Position numbers and translations under genes: made by a program. Below, piece after piece: positions 35,057 through 42,085 of a stretch of DNA of 42,085 nucleotides. Below the pieces are notes generated by a model. The model was not told the origin of the DNA. It worked only from the letters and a program-made list of their open reading frames with translations, and did not search any database. This stretch comes from a virus (taxonomy: Duplodnaviria > Caudoviricetes): IMG/VR virus record IMGVR_UViG_3300016476_000306, positions 1 through 42,085 of that record. The stretch is one strand, 5' to 3'. Each line of letters begins with the position of its first letter. The stretch's first letter is position 1.

Positions 35057-35239
35057 ATGAATGAACTCACACGCCTTGAATACACTACAGCCTCACTGAT
35101 CTTGGCTCAAGTCATTGACATCATGGAACAACACCATGAGCCTCAAGATGTTGAAGCTGCGATCCAAGCTGTTTTTGTCCGAGCTTTGGAGTTGACAGCC
35201 CAAAGACCCATCAAACCCATAGAGGAACTTTTCATATGA
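35057..35239 (+). CDS. Hypothetical protein, 60 aa (possibly near-leaderless)
   Basis: ATG 6 nt after the -10 element; no Shine-Dalgarno. Confidence 0.6.
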   Translation: MNELTRLEYTTASLILAQVIDIMEQHHEPQDVEAAIQAVFVRALELTAQRPIKPIEELFI

Positions 35240-35418
35240 TTAGAAATATGTTTAACCTACTGTTTCACTCAGGTATTCCATACGATGCCGAGAAAAACGA
35301 GTTTAAGGTAAGACCTGAAGATTTCGCTAGGATTGATTTCCAGCGCGATCTGATGGAACAAGAAGAACGCTGGATATCTAGTAGCAGAACAAAAAATGAA
35401 TGGTATGACAATGACTAA
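35236..35418 (+). CDS. Hypothetical protein, 60 aa
   Basis: GAGGA RBS, ATGA overlap. Confidence 0.6.
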   Translation: MIRNMFNLLFHSGIPYDAEKNEFKVRPEDFARIDFQRDLMEQEERWISSSRTKNEWYDND

Positions 35419-35659
35419 TACAGGCGGGCCAGCGTTTCCCGTTCAAAGCATTTATGTTGAAGATGAAGCAACCAATTCGCGAGGAATGACCCTGCGCGAC
35501 TACTTTGCGGCCAAGGCGCTACCCACAGTGATCGCTGACTGGCTGCAAACCGGCGACATATTTCCAGACCCGGAAATTGCGGAGGTCATTGCCCGCGACT
35601 GCTACATCGTGGCCGACGCCATGCTGAAAGCACGAAATGACCGACAAGCAAATTCTTGA
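35411..35659 (+). CDS. Conserved phage protein (GGPAFP / GMTLRDYFAAKA family)
   Basis: Characteristic motifs and ADAMLKAR end. Confidence 0.8.
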   Translation: MTNTGGPAFPVQSIYVEDEATNSRGMTLRDYFAAKALPTVIADWLQTGDIFPDPEIAEVIARDCYIVADAMLKARNDRQANS

Positions 35660-35744
35660 AATTTTCCGCAAGTGCTTTCCAAAAGGCTTGCCGATCAAGG
35701 ATGAAGATGTGATCTACTTTGCTCTGGCTTTGCTGGACAAGAAA

Positions 35745-35753
35745 TGATATAGT
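35745..35753 (+). promoter_or_regulatory. Extended -10 promoter for the replication operon
   Basis: TGaTATAGT. Confidence 0.55.
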
Positions 35754-35853
35754 TTTGCGGACCCCGGATATAGAGGGAGTAGCTACCCTCCGAAGACGTG
35801 ACCCCAGTCATTCCGGCAAGTCCTTTCATGGGGTAGATCGCGGGTAAAAATTC

Positions 35854-36504
35854 ATGATTCATTGTTTTGATGTTGACAATGCCGTCAGGTACGGTCTTGA
35901 CGAAGCCATTTTCATTGAGAATGTCCGGCTTTGGCTGAACAGCAATCAAGCTGCCAAACGCAATTTTCACAATGGCAAGTATTGGACATATAACACAGCA
36001 GAAGCCTACGCTGTATTGTTTCCATATTGGAATGCCATGAAAGTTCATCGGATCACCAAGAGTCTTGAAGACCAAGGTGTACTGGAAATTGGGCATTTCA
36101 ATAGCAATTCTTACAACCGTACTAAGTGGTACACATTTACAGACCATTTTGCAAATTTGCAAATTCATGATTGCAAAAATGCAAAATCATCTAATACATA
36201 TATAAAACCAGATACTGTTGTTCAAGAGGATTCTTCTTTGTTTGACAGTTTCTGGAAGGCTTACCCAAGGAAGATCAACAAAGGATTTGCCAAGAAGGTA
36301 TTTGCCAAGATGAAGGTTACTGAAGACCTATTGGCAAAGATGATTCAAGCCATTGAAGTGCAAAAACGATCCGTCTGGAAAGACAAAGATCCTCAGTACA
36401 TCCCTCATCCGTCAACTTGGCTTAACGGTGAACGTTGGGAAGATGAAGTTCAAACCACTACGGACAGCAAGAGTGCTTACGGCTCTCTTCTGAATGGCAT
36501 ATGA
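35854..36504 (+). CDS. Replication initiator / replisome organiser
   Basis: N-terminal wHTH-like GKYWTYNT...FPYW; C-terminal FDSFWKAYPRK...YIPHPSTWLNGERWEDE. Confidence 0.85.
   Translation: MIHCFDVDNAVRYGLDEAIFIENVRLWLNSNQAAKRNFHNGKYWTYNTAEAYAVLFPYWNAMKVHRITKSLEDQGVLEIGHFNSNSYNRTKWYTFTDHFANLQIHDCKNAKSSNTYIKPDTVVQEDSSLFDSFWKAYPRKINKGFAKKVFAKMKVTEDLLAKMIQAIEVQKRSVWKDKDPQYIPHPSTWLNGERWEDEVQTTTDSKSAYGSLLNGI
36149..36190 (+). repeat. Two 20-bp iteron-like direct repeats inside the initiator gene
   Basis: TTGCAAATTTGCAAATTCAT / TTGCAAAAATGCAAAATCAT, 17/20 identical, 22-bp period. Confidence 0.6.
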
Positions 36505-36776
36505 GAGGCCATGACCACATCATTGCAGCCAGGATGCGGGGCATCAAACCTGCTGTTATCAACATCATTGATTACCCATGCACATTGGAACTTGAACCGA
36601 CAGAGGTTGTTGTCTATGGCGACAAGCTACCGGAGATTGACTTGCGCTTTGTTGCTGACTGCTTGGTGACCATCTCATCAACAGATCAGAAGCGACTTGA
36701 TTACCTTGTTGGCCAGTGCCGTAAGTTTCAAGCAAGAAAAGTGGCATACGATCTGCACCGCAAATACTACGAGTGA
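36501..36776 (+). CDS. Hypothetical protein between initiator and helicase
   Basis: 91 aa; ATGA overlap. Confidence 0.75.
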   Translation: MRGHDHIIAARMRGIKPAVINIIDYPCTLELEPTEVVVYGDKLPEIDLRFVADCLVTISSTDQKRLDYLVGQCRKFQARKVAYDLHRKYYE

Positions 36777-36779
36777 GAC

Positions 36780-37757
36780 ATGGAATTTATCCCAGACACC
36801 ATTGATTTCAGCCTGTACCTGAAAGAAACCGATGCCCAGACCAAGGTCAAGCAGGCATCTGATTACATCTTTTTCCTGAAAGAACGTCTGCGTCAGCGGG
36901 AAAAAGAGCCGGTCAACTACCTGCCATGGCCTAAAACCCAAGACAACTTTGCCTTCCGCAAGGGCGAAGTGACTCTTTGGTCTGGTCAGAACGGTCATGG
37001 CAAATCCCTGATGACCGGAGAAATTGCTTTATCCCTGATCGGCCAAGGTGAAAAGGTCTGCGTGGCATCTTTTGAGATGAAGCCAGAAACGACCCTACAC
37101 CGCATGGCAAGGCAGTGGATGGGCCTGAACCCTCATCTTCCAGAATATCAGCAGGAAGAGGGCATTAAAGCCCTTGAAGACCTATACGACCAGTTCGATG
37201 ACTGGACTAAAGACAGAATGTGGATGTACGACCAACGAGGTACGGCAAAACCAGAGGATGTCATTGGTATGTGCAGGTACTGCGCAAAAGAGTTAGGAAT
37301 CGCTCACATTTTTGTGGATAACTTGGCAAAGTGCGTCAAGGGTGAGGATGACTACAACGGTCAAAAAATGTTTGTTGACGAGTTGACTTCGGTTGCTCGG
37401 GATTATGCAATCCACATCCATTTGGTTCACCACCTAAAGAAGCCTGCCAACGAAAACGCTATCCCTGACAAGCATGACAACAAGGGTTCAGGCAGTATTA
37501 CCGACCAAGTTGACAACGTGATGTTGGTTTGGCGAAACAAGGTCAAGGAAGACGACCTTAAGGAAAACGGGCCTTACGCATCCAAGAAAGACGATCCAGA
37601 CCACTACTTGCTGTGCAGAAAGCAACGGAACTACGACGGATCAGGTGAGGGTGAACCAACAATCAAGCTTTGGTTTCATCGAGATGCCCAACAATATCTT
37701 GAAAGGGCAGGGCAAACCCCTATGGCGTTTTATAAGTGGCCGCATGTAGCATCGTAA
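36780..37757 (+). CDS. DnaB-like (SF4) replicative helicase, C-terminal domain only
   Basis: Walker A GQNGHGKS, SFEM, IFVDNL, HLVHH, KGSGSI.D..DN, KQR. Confidence 0.92.
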   Translation: MEFIPDTIDFSLYLKETDAQTKVKQASDYIFFLKERLRQREKEPVNYLPWPKTQDNFAFRKGEVTLWSGQNGHGKSLMTGEIALSLIGQGEKVCVASFEMKPETTLHRMARQWMGLNPHLPEYQQEEGIKALEDLYDQFDDWTKDRMWMYDQRGTAKPEDVIGMCRYCAKELGIAHIFVDNLAKCVKGEDDYNGQKMFVDELTSVARDYAIHIHLVHHLKKPANENAIPDKHDNKGSGSITDQVDNVMLVWRNKVKEDDLKENGPYASKKDDPDHYLLCRKQRNYDGSGEGEPTIKLWFHRDAQQYLERAGQTPMAFYKWPHVAS

Positions 37758-37773
37758 TGCAAGGAGAAATGAA

Positions 37774-38118
37774 ATGAATGACCGCGAACTGTTGGAACTG
37801 GCTGCAAAAGCCGCTAAGTATTGGATCGTTGGACCGGCAGAGAAATACGTCGCGCAACTTGGTCACTACGAAGGTGGTTTTATTATTCGCAACGATCGTG
37901 GCGGAGATTCCTGCTGGAACCCACTCACCGACGATGGCGATGCGCTGCGACTTGCGGTGAAGTGCCGCCTAGACATCAACCAAGGAGGGTCGATGGTGGT
38001 TTCCGAGCGGACAGGACCGCAAGAGGTTGGGGTAGCCGAGCCACATAATGATGACCCCTACGCTGCCACCAGACGCGCCATCGTGCGTGCTGCTGCTGAG
38101 ATTGGAAAGAATGTCTGA
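37774..38118 (+). CDS. NinX/DUF2591-like hypothetical protein
   Basis: WNPLTDDGDALRLAV and RRAIVRAAAEIG; AAGGAG RBS. Confidence 0.75.
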   Translation: MNDRELLELAAKAAKYWIVGPAEKYVAQLGHYEGGFIIRNDRGGDSCWNPLTDDGDALRLAVKCRLDINQGGSMVVSERTGPQEVGVAEPHNDDPYAATRRAIVRAAAEIGKNV

Positions 38119-38323
38119 CAGAAAGATTCTTGAAGAAGCAGTTGCAAGAGAGCTGTATTTCACATGGCAAGTAACGCAAAACAAAGTAATGACTGAGGAT
38201 AGAAAAGCATGGATCAACAAAACATACGGAGCCGGAGCCGTCAACCGGATACAAGCAATGATGTTGCAGATGTACAAAGCCGATTTGGAGATCGCTGGCC
38301 GTTCCCAATCAACGGAGAAGTAA
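38111..38323 (+). CDS. Hypothetical protein, 70 aa
   Basis: ATG 38111 overlapping the previous gene end. Confidence 0.6.
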   Translation: MSDRKILEEAVARELYFTWQVTQNKVMTEDRKAWINKTYGAGAVNRIQAMMLQMYKADLEIAGRSQSTEK

Positions 38324-38393
38324 AGGTCTGGACGGCTAAGCAGCGCAAGGCTTACAAAGCCAAAGAAATCCAAAACGCAGAAGAGGCTTTGCT

Positions 38394-38804
38394 ATGAACA
38401 AAACACAAGAGGCACTGAAGCTGGCGCTGGAGGCGTTGAGAGATTACAGACGTAGTGATGATGATCGAGTCAGCGTTGCTATTGGCATATTGCAAAAAGC
38501 ACTGGCCGAGCAGCCAGCACAGCAGCAGGAGCCGGTGGCGTGGATGTATGACTGGATTTCCGATGGGCAGGAAGGCGGAACGGTTGTCCGCGACTGGATT
38601 AGCGCCGACTATGACGAAGCGCACAGCCCAACAAATGGGTGTCACAACATCCGTCCCCTCTACACATCCCCACCAGCAAGCAAGCCGTGGGTGGGGCTTA
38701 GTTATGAAGAAGTAAAAGAACTGATTGAGTTTGAAGACTATGAGAATGATCCACAAGGTTTCATTGAATTTGTCGAAGCCAAACTGCGGGACAAAAACGC
38801 ATGA
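38394..38804 (+). CDS. Modular hypothetical protein (EALKLALEAL / AEQPAQQEPVAW / PLYTSPP / EAKLR.KNA)
   Basis: 136 aa; GAGG RBS; carries all four linker repeats in one frame. Confidence 0.85.
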   Translation: MNKTQEALKLALEALRDYRRSDDDRVSVAIGILQKALAEQPAQQQEPVAWMYDWISDGQEGGTVVRDWISADYDEAHSPTNGCHNIRPLYTSPPASKPWVGLSYEEVKELIEFEDYENDPQGFIEFVEAKLRDKNA

Positions 38805-39220
38805 CGTTCTGCATGACATTCAAGGTTTTTGGTGAGCCAGTAGCAAAAGGCCGTCCGCGATTTACCCGCCAAGGACGTACTTACACTCCTAAAAAAACCC
38901 ATGATTACGAGTCCGAAGTTGCAAAAATGGCTAAAGCGGCTATGGGCTCACAAGAGCCACTAGAAACGCCTGTGGCGGTCTATGTGTATGTGACCTTCCC
39001 CGTGCCTCAGTCGTACTCAAAAAAACGTTCTGAGGCTTGTTTAAACGGCTCTGAGCGGCATACCAAAAGACCCGATCTTGATAATTGCGTTAAAGCGGTC
39101 ACTGACGGCATGAACGGTGTTGTTTACAGGGATGACAGTCAGATAACCAGCATCCATGCAACCAAGGTCTACGGCACAACAGCCATGGTTGAAGTCTATG
39201 TGCGGGAAGATTTGACGTAA
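38801..39220 (+). CDS. rusA: RusA-family Holliday junction resolvase
   Basis: GEPVAKGRPRF; RPDLDNCVKAVTDGMNGVVYRDDSQI. Confidence 0.95.
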   Translation: MTFCMTFKVFGEPVAKGRPRFTRQGRTYTPKKTHDYESEVAKMAKAAMGSQEPLETPVAVYVYVTFPVPQSYSKKRSEACLNGSERHTKRPDLDNCVKAVTDGMNGVVYRDDSQITSIHATKVYGTTAMVEVYVREDLT

Positions 39221-39261
39221 GGGTTTTTCCTAATACAAATCAAAAAATCAAGCGGTAACAT
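39218..39261 (+). promoter_or_regulatory. Palindrome TAAGGGTTTTTCCTAA plus -10 TAACAT
   Basis: Same geometry as the 35006 site. Confidence 0.55.
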
Positions 39262-39283
39262 TGTTGCATTGAAAGGAATTGAA

Positions 39284-39760
39284 ATGAGAAAACGCAGCAA
39301 ATACAAACCCAAAGGCGTCAGGCTTGATAACTTGTCTTGGGTCAAAGCAGGGTTTGGCAAAGTTGGAACACTTCCCAAGGCTGGAATTGATCTGAAGCTC
39401 AAAAACCATGAGGCTTTAGATAGCTTTATGCGTGGTGAGGCATCAAAAGATCATGTTGATGCTTTGATTGCAGCATTCAATATTGCAGAGGCTATTTATA
39501 GGGTCAATCCAAATCTTGGAATTGATTACGCAAGCGAGATAAAAGCCGGTCAAGATGCGATTCATTCCATGGCCCAACGAGGGCTAAAGGTCGGTAAATT
39601 CTTGTTTACAGGACCGGAAATGCAAGCTGTCAGATTGGCCATGGATGTGCATGACGCTCAACTTGATGAATGTACTGTCCGGGAAATGGAAAAAGCCATT
39701 GATCTGGTCAGCAAAACCATTTTGAACAGGCAAGCTCGAACTATTGTGGAGACGGCATGA
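39284..39760 (+). CDS. Hypothetical protein (MRKRSKYKPK start)
   Basis: AAGGA RBS before ATG 39284. Confidence 0.8.
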   Translation: MRKRSKYKPKGVRLDNLSWVKAGFGKVGTLPKAGIDLKLKNHEALDSFMRGEASKDHVDALIAAFNIAEAIYRVNPNLGIDYASEIKAGQDAIHSMAQRGLKVGKFLFTGPEMQAVRLAMDVHDAQLDECTVREMEKAIDLVSKTILNRQARTIVETA

Positions 39761-40029
39761 CCAAAGAAAACATCATCCGCATGGCGCAGGAGGCGTACAG
39801 AGAACAACCTGTCCCAGTGTTTCTGGCTATGACAGATGCCGCGCTTGAACAATTCTTCCAAGCCGCCTACGCCGCTGGCGCTGCTGCCGAGCGGGAGGCG
39901 TGTGCAGAGGCTTGTGATGAACTGGCTTACGCCTATCAAAAGAAAAATCCGACCAGTAGTTCAGAGCCATTAATGCGATCTTGCTGGAACAACGCCGCCG
40001 CCGCCATCCGCGCAAGGGGCCAGGCATGA
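39757..40029 (+). CDS. Modular hypothetical protein (AAAEREACA / AAIRARGQA family)
   Basis: GGAG RBS; shares the 3' repeat with 2120-2458. Confidence 0.8.
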   Translation: MTKENIIRMAQEAYREQPVPVFLAMTDAALEQFFQAAYAAGAAAEREACAEACDELAYAYQKKNPTSSSEPLMRSCWNNAAAAIRARGQA

Positions 40030-40322
40030 AAACATTTGATGATCCTTTTGAAGACTATCCTGAGCCGTTTAAGCCATCACAAACACCTGAAAAACTGGAG
40101 CTAAAAGCAGAAAAGCGCAGGGCTTACAGGGCAAAACGACTTGGCAGACCAATAGGACGCCATGGAGGGTACAGAAAAGGTGCTGGCAGAAAACGTACAA
40201 AACCGTACACGCACAAAGCATTTATTACTCTTGACAGCATCCAAGTAAAACTCATTGAAGACTTGGGTCAAGGCGATTTAAGTAAAGGTATTCAACAACT
40301 TGTGGAGAAATATTGTGGGTAA
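40026..40322 (+). CDS. Putative DNA-binding protein
   Basis: Basic; HGGYRKGAGRK motif followed by a ribbon-helix-helix-like segment. Confidence 0.6.
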   Translation: MKTFDDPFEDYPEPFKPSQTPEKLELKAEKRRAYRAKRLGRPIGRHGGYRKGAGRKRTKPYTHKAFITLDSIQVKLIEDLGQGDLSKGIQQLVEKYCG

Positions 40323-40533
40323 AGGTTCAAGCCCGAGGCCTTTCGAGGTCGATCACAACACATTCAGTAACAACTGGGACGCAATTTTTAAAAAGAAAAC
40401 ATGCCCCCCGTGCAATCAAAACTGTAATCAAGTTAGAAATTGTCCAGCAAGGAATGACCATGGAAATCAATCCACAGAAATCAATCAATTACATAATGGA
40501 GAATGCTCCGAAGTTTGCCGAAGCAAAGGCTAA
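40315..40533 (+). CDS. Small hypothetical protein (GKGSSPRP...NWDAIF)
   Basis: GTG at 40315 with GGAG RBS; 3' part overlaps the next gene. Confidence 0.5.
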   Translation: MGKGSSPRPFEVDHNTFSNNWDAIFKKKTCPPCNQNCNQVRNCPARNDHGNQSTEINQLHNGECSEVCRSKG

Positions 40534-40783
40534 TCGAGTATTTATTGAAAATTATTTGCGCACGGTCAAAAGCCGTCTAATGAATGAAGAAGCAGGAACG
40601 CTCGGAAATAAAGAAGCATATGCGTATGCTCATCCTGATTACATCCAGCAACTGGAAGCTCTCAAGATTGCAACCAAAGAAGAAGAACACCTCAAGTACA
40701 TGCTCAAAGCAGCAGAACTGAGAGTTGAAGTTTGGAAAACAACCGAATATTCCAAACGTGCAGAACTAAAAAATCTAGGATAA
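40460..40783 (+). CDS. Helical hypothetical protein, 107 aa
   Basis: AAGGA RBS; EAYAYAHPDY...VWKT motif. Confidence 0.75.
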   Translation: MEINPQKSINYIMENAPKFAEAKANRVFIENYLRTVKSRLMNEEAGTLGNKEAYAYAHPDYIQQLEALKIATKEEEHLKYMLKAAELRVEVWKTTEYSKRAELKNLG

Positions 40784-40786
40784 CCA

Positions 40787-40951
40787 ATGAAAACAACAAC
40801 TTACAACCCTTTTTGGAAGGGCACAACAATTCCAAAAAGCAGAGGCAATGCTTTTGACTGGAAAGGAAAAGAATCTCAAGTCACTCAGTCAACAGAGATC
40901 AAAAATATCAACAAAGTAAAACTTCAAAAAATCAGTCTGACAAGAAAATGA
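40787..40951 (+). CDS. Small basic protein, 54 aa (not in ORF track)
   Basis: AGGA RBS; MKTTTYNPFWKG...; ATGA overlap with the next gene. Confidence 0.6.
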   Translation: MKTTTYNPFWKGTTIPKSRGNAFDWKGKESQVTQSTEIKNINKVKLQKISLTRK

Positions 40952-41454
40952 AAAAAAAGACGTTTCATACTGTTGATTCTTTGTTTGCAAGGTCCGAGGA
41001 GGTCGGAAATTGTATTGAGTGGCAAGCGTATTTCCAAAACGGGACACCTTATGTTCAGCATGGCGACAGATTTATGTCTGTCCGGGCGTTGATGATGGAG
41101 CTTATGGGCAACGTATATGAGGAGCGAATGTTCTTTGGAGTCAACTGCGACAACAAGGCTTGCATCAACCCAGAACACATTGTTGCCAGATCAATGAAAA
41201 GCCATGCAAAGCATATGGCGCAAAAGACAGACCACAATGGCATTTTGAGGCTTGCCAAGTTGCAAAAAGCCGCTGCAAAGCGCCGAGTCTTGACAGATGA
41301 TCAAGTAATGCAAGTTTTGACAGACGAAAGGACTTGCAAAAGCATTGCCAAAGAATTGGGAGTCAGTAGCTCTTTGATCGCCAAGATCAAGAGAGGCGAG
41401 TCAAGCACCATGGTTGTTGCAAAGAACAATCCGTTCTGGGGCTTGATGGCATAG
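40948..41454 (+). CDS. Degenerate HNH-fold protein with C-terminal HTH
   Basis: CIEW...CDNKACINPEH and SIAKELGVSSSLIAKIKRG. Confidence 0.7.
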   Translation: MKKKTFHTVDSLFARSEEVGNCIEWQAYFQNGTPYVQHGDRFMSVRALMMELMGNVYEERMFFGVNCDNKACINPEHIVARSMKSHAKHMAQKTDHNGILRLAKLQKAAAKRRVLTDDQVMQVLTDERTCKSIAKELGVSSSLIAKIKRGESSTMVVAKNNPFWGLMA

Positions 41455-41466
41455 GGTAAATCCCTA
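41452..41466 (+). promoter_or_regulatory. Palindrome TAGGGTAAATCCCTA
   Basis: Perfect 5-bp arms; upstream of the gene at 41516. Confidence 0.6.
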
Positions 41467-41515
41467 GAGACACGGCAAAAGAAAACAAAGAAACTTTTGC
41501 CTGAAAGGAAATGAA

Positions 41516-41839
41516 ATGAAATCAATTGCAATTGCATCAATTTTTGCCGTCAGCATGGCTGCGCAAGCTGAATTTATGGACGGCAATAAGCTGTTGTCAG
41601 AAATGAATGGCAACTTTGGAACCCAGATGAGCGCCCTTGGATACGTTTCAGGCGTAACTGATACGTTGATGGGCGTGACTGTATGCCCGCCGTCAACCAT
41701 CACTGTTGGTCAGGTTCACGATATGACCAAAAAATACTTGGAACAATTCCCGGCAGATCGGCATAACTCTGCGGATCGGATCATTGGCTTTATCTTGAAA
41801 TCATCATGGCCGTGCGCAAAGAAAGGAAATGGCGTATGA
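41516..41839 (+). CDS. Rap1a/Tai-like periplasmic immunity protein with signal peptide
   Basis: Signal peptide ending AQA; GNKLL...GYVSGV.D...CPP..IT.GQ....KYL...P..RH..A.......WPC. Confidence 0.8.
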   Translation: MKSIAIASIFAVSMAAQAEFMDGNKLLSEMNGNFGTQMSALGYVSGVTDTLMGVTVCPPSTITVGQVHDMTKKYLEQFPADRHNSADRIIGFILKSSWPCAKKGNGV

Positions 41840-42085
41840 GCAATAAAGACGAGGCGCTGAAGCTGGCGCTGGAGGCGTTGGGATGGTACGACCGCGAAAC
41901 GCACCAGAAAGCCATCACCGCCATCCGCGAAGCACTGGTCGAGCAGTCAGCACGGCGGCAAAACTCTATCGAGCCAATAGAGTTTCTGAGCGGCTTTCTT
42001 ACAGAACGGCTGGCCATTGAGCGCGGTATTGAATGGACTCCAGCGATACATGACTTGTGCAATAGTTGGCCGAGCAGCCAGCACA
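41836..42085 (+). CDS. Modular hypothetical protein, runs off the window end (would stop at 91-93 if the contig is circular)
   Basis: MSNKDEALKLALEALGWYDRETHQKAITAIREALVEQSAR...; AAGGA RBS; ATGA overlap. Confidence 0.7.
   Translation, partial: MSNKDEALKLALEALGWYDRETHQKAITAIREALVEQSARRQNSIEPIEFLSGFLTERLAIERGIEWTPAIHDLCNSWPSSQH

Noticed and set aside
35759-35823. Hammerhead ribozyme in the initiator leader
   Set aside because: It is a three-way junction with CGAA, but the required CUGANGA core is absent.
42067-42085. Physical direct terminal repeat
   Set aside because: It falls inside a coding repeat that also occurs at 38503; it is better explained as assembler overlap.

Overview
This looks like a complete or near-complete, circularly permuted ~42 kb tailed phage genome with podovirus-type morphogenesis genes; bases 1-19 repeat at 42067-42085. 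The host is probably a freshwater betaproteobacterium, which is inference from gene families only. There are four transcription blocks. (1) A long leftward late operon (28474->2591): two tRNAs, a GNAT-like gene, terminase, portal, scaffold, major capsid, HNH nuclease, tail and fibre genes, ejection proteins, lysis genes and a phosphoesterase. (2) A small rightward early island (29183-30583) with a Gp88-like gene. (3) A leftward recombination and nucleotide block (34937->31112): ERF, SSB-like, MazG-like, DUF3310, DUF1364 and ferritin-like genes. (4) A rightward replication and accessory block (35057->42085, continuing 1->2604): initiator, DnaB-like helicase, RusA, Rap1a-like and glutaredoxin genes. 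I found no integrase, repressor, DNA polymerase, reverse transcriptase or CRISPR array. The best leads are: a set of 20-40 bp conserved in-frame linker repeats that divide accessory genes and gene junctions into apparently exchangeable cassettes; a ~113 nt multi-stem RNA just after the SSB gene; a TAGGG-N4/5-CCCTA palindrome at about -42 of several promoters; an Acb2/Tad1-like candidate sponge; a DnaA/IHF/Fis site cluster; an atypical tRNA-Thr; an HNH gene with its RBS in a hairpin; and an orphan Rap1a-like T6SS immunity gene. All family assignments are by-eye motif recognition, not database searches.
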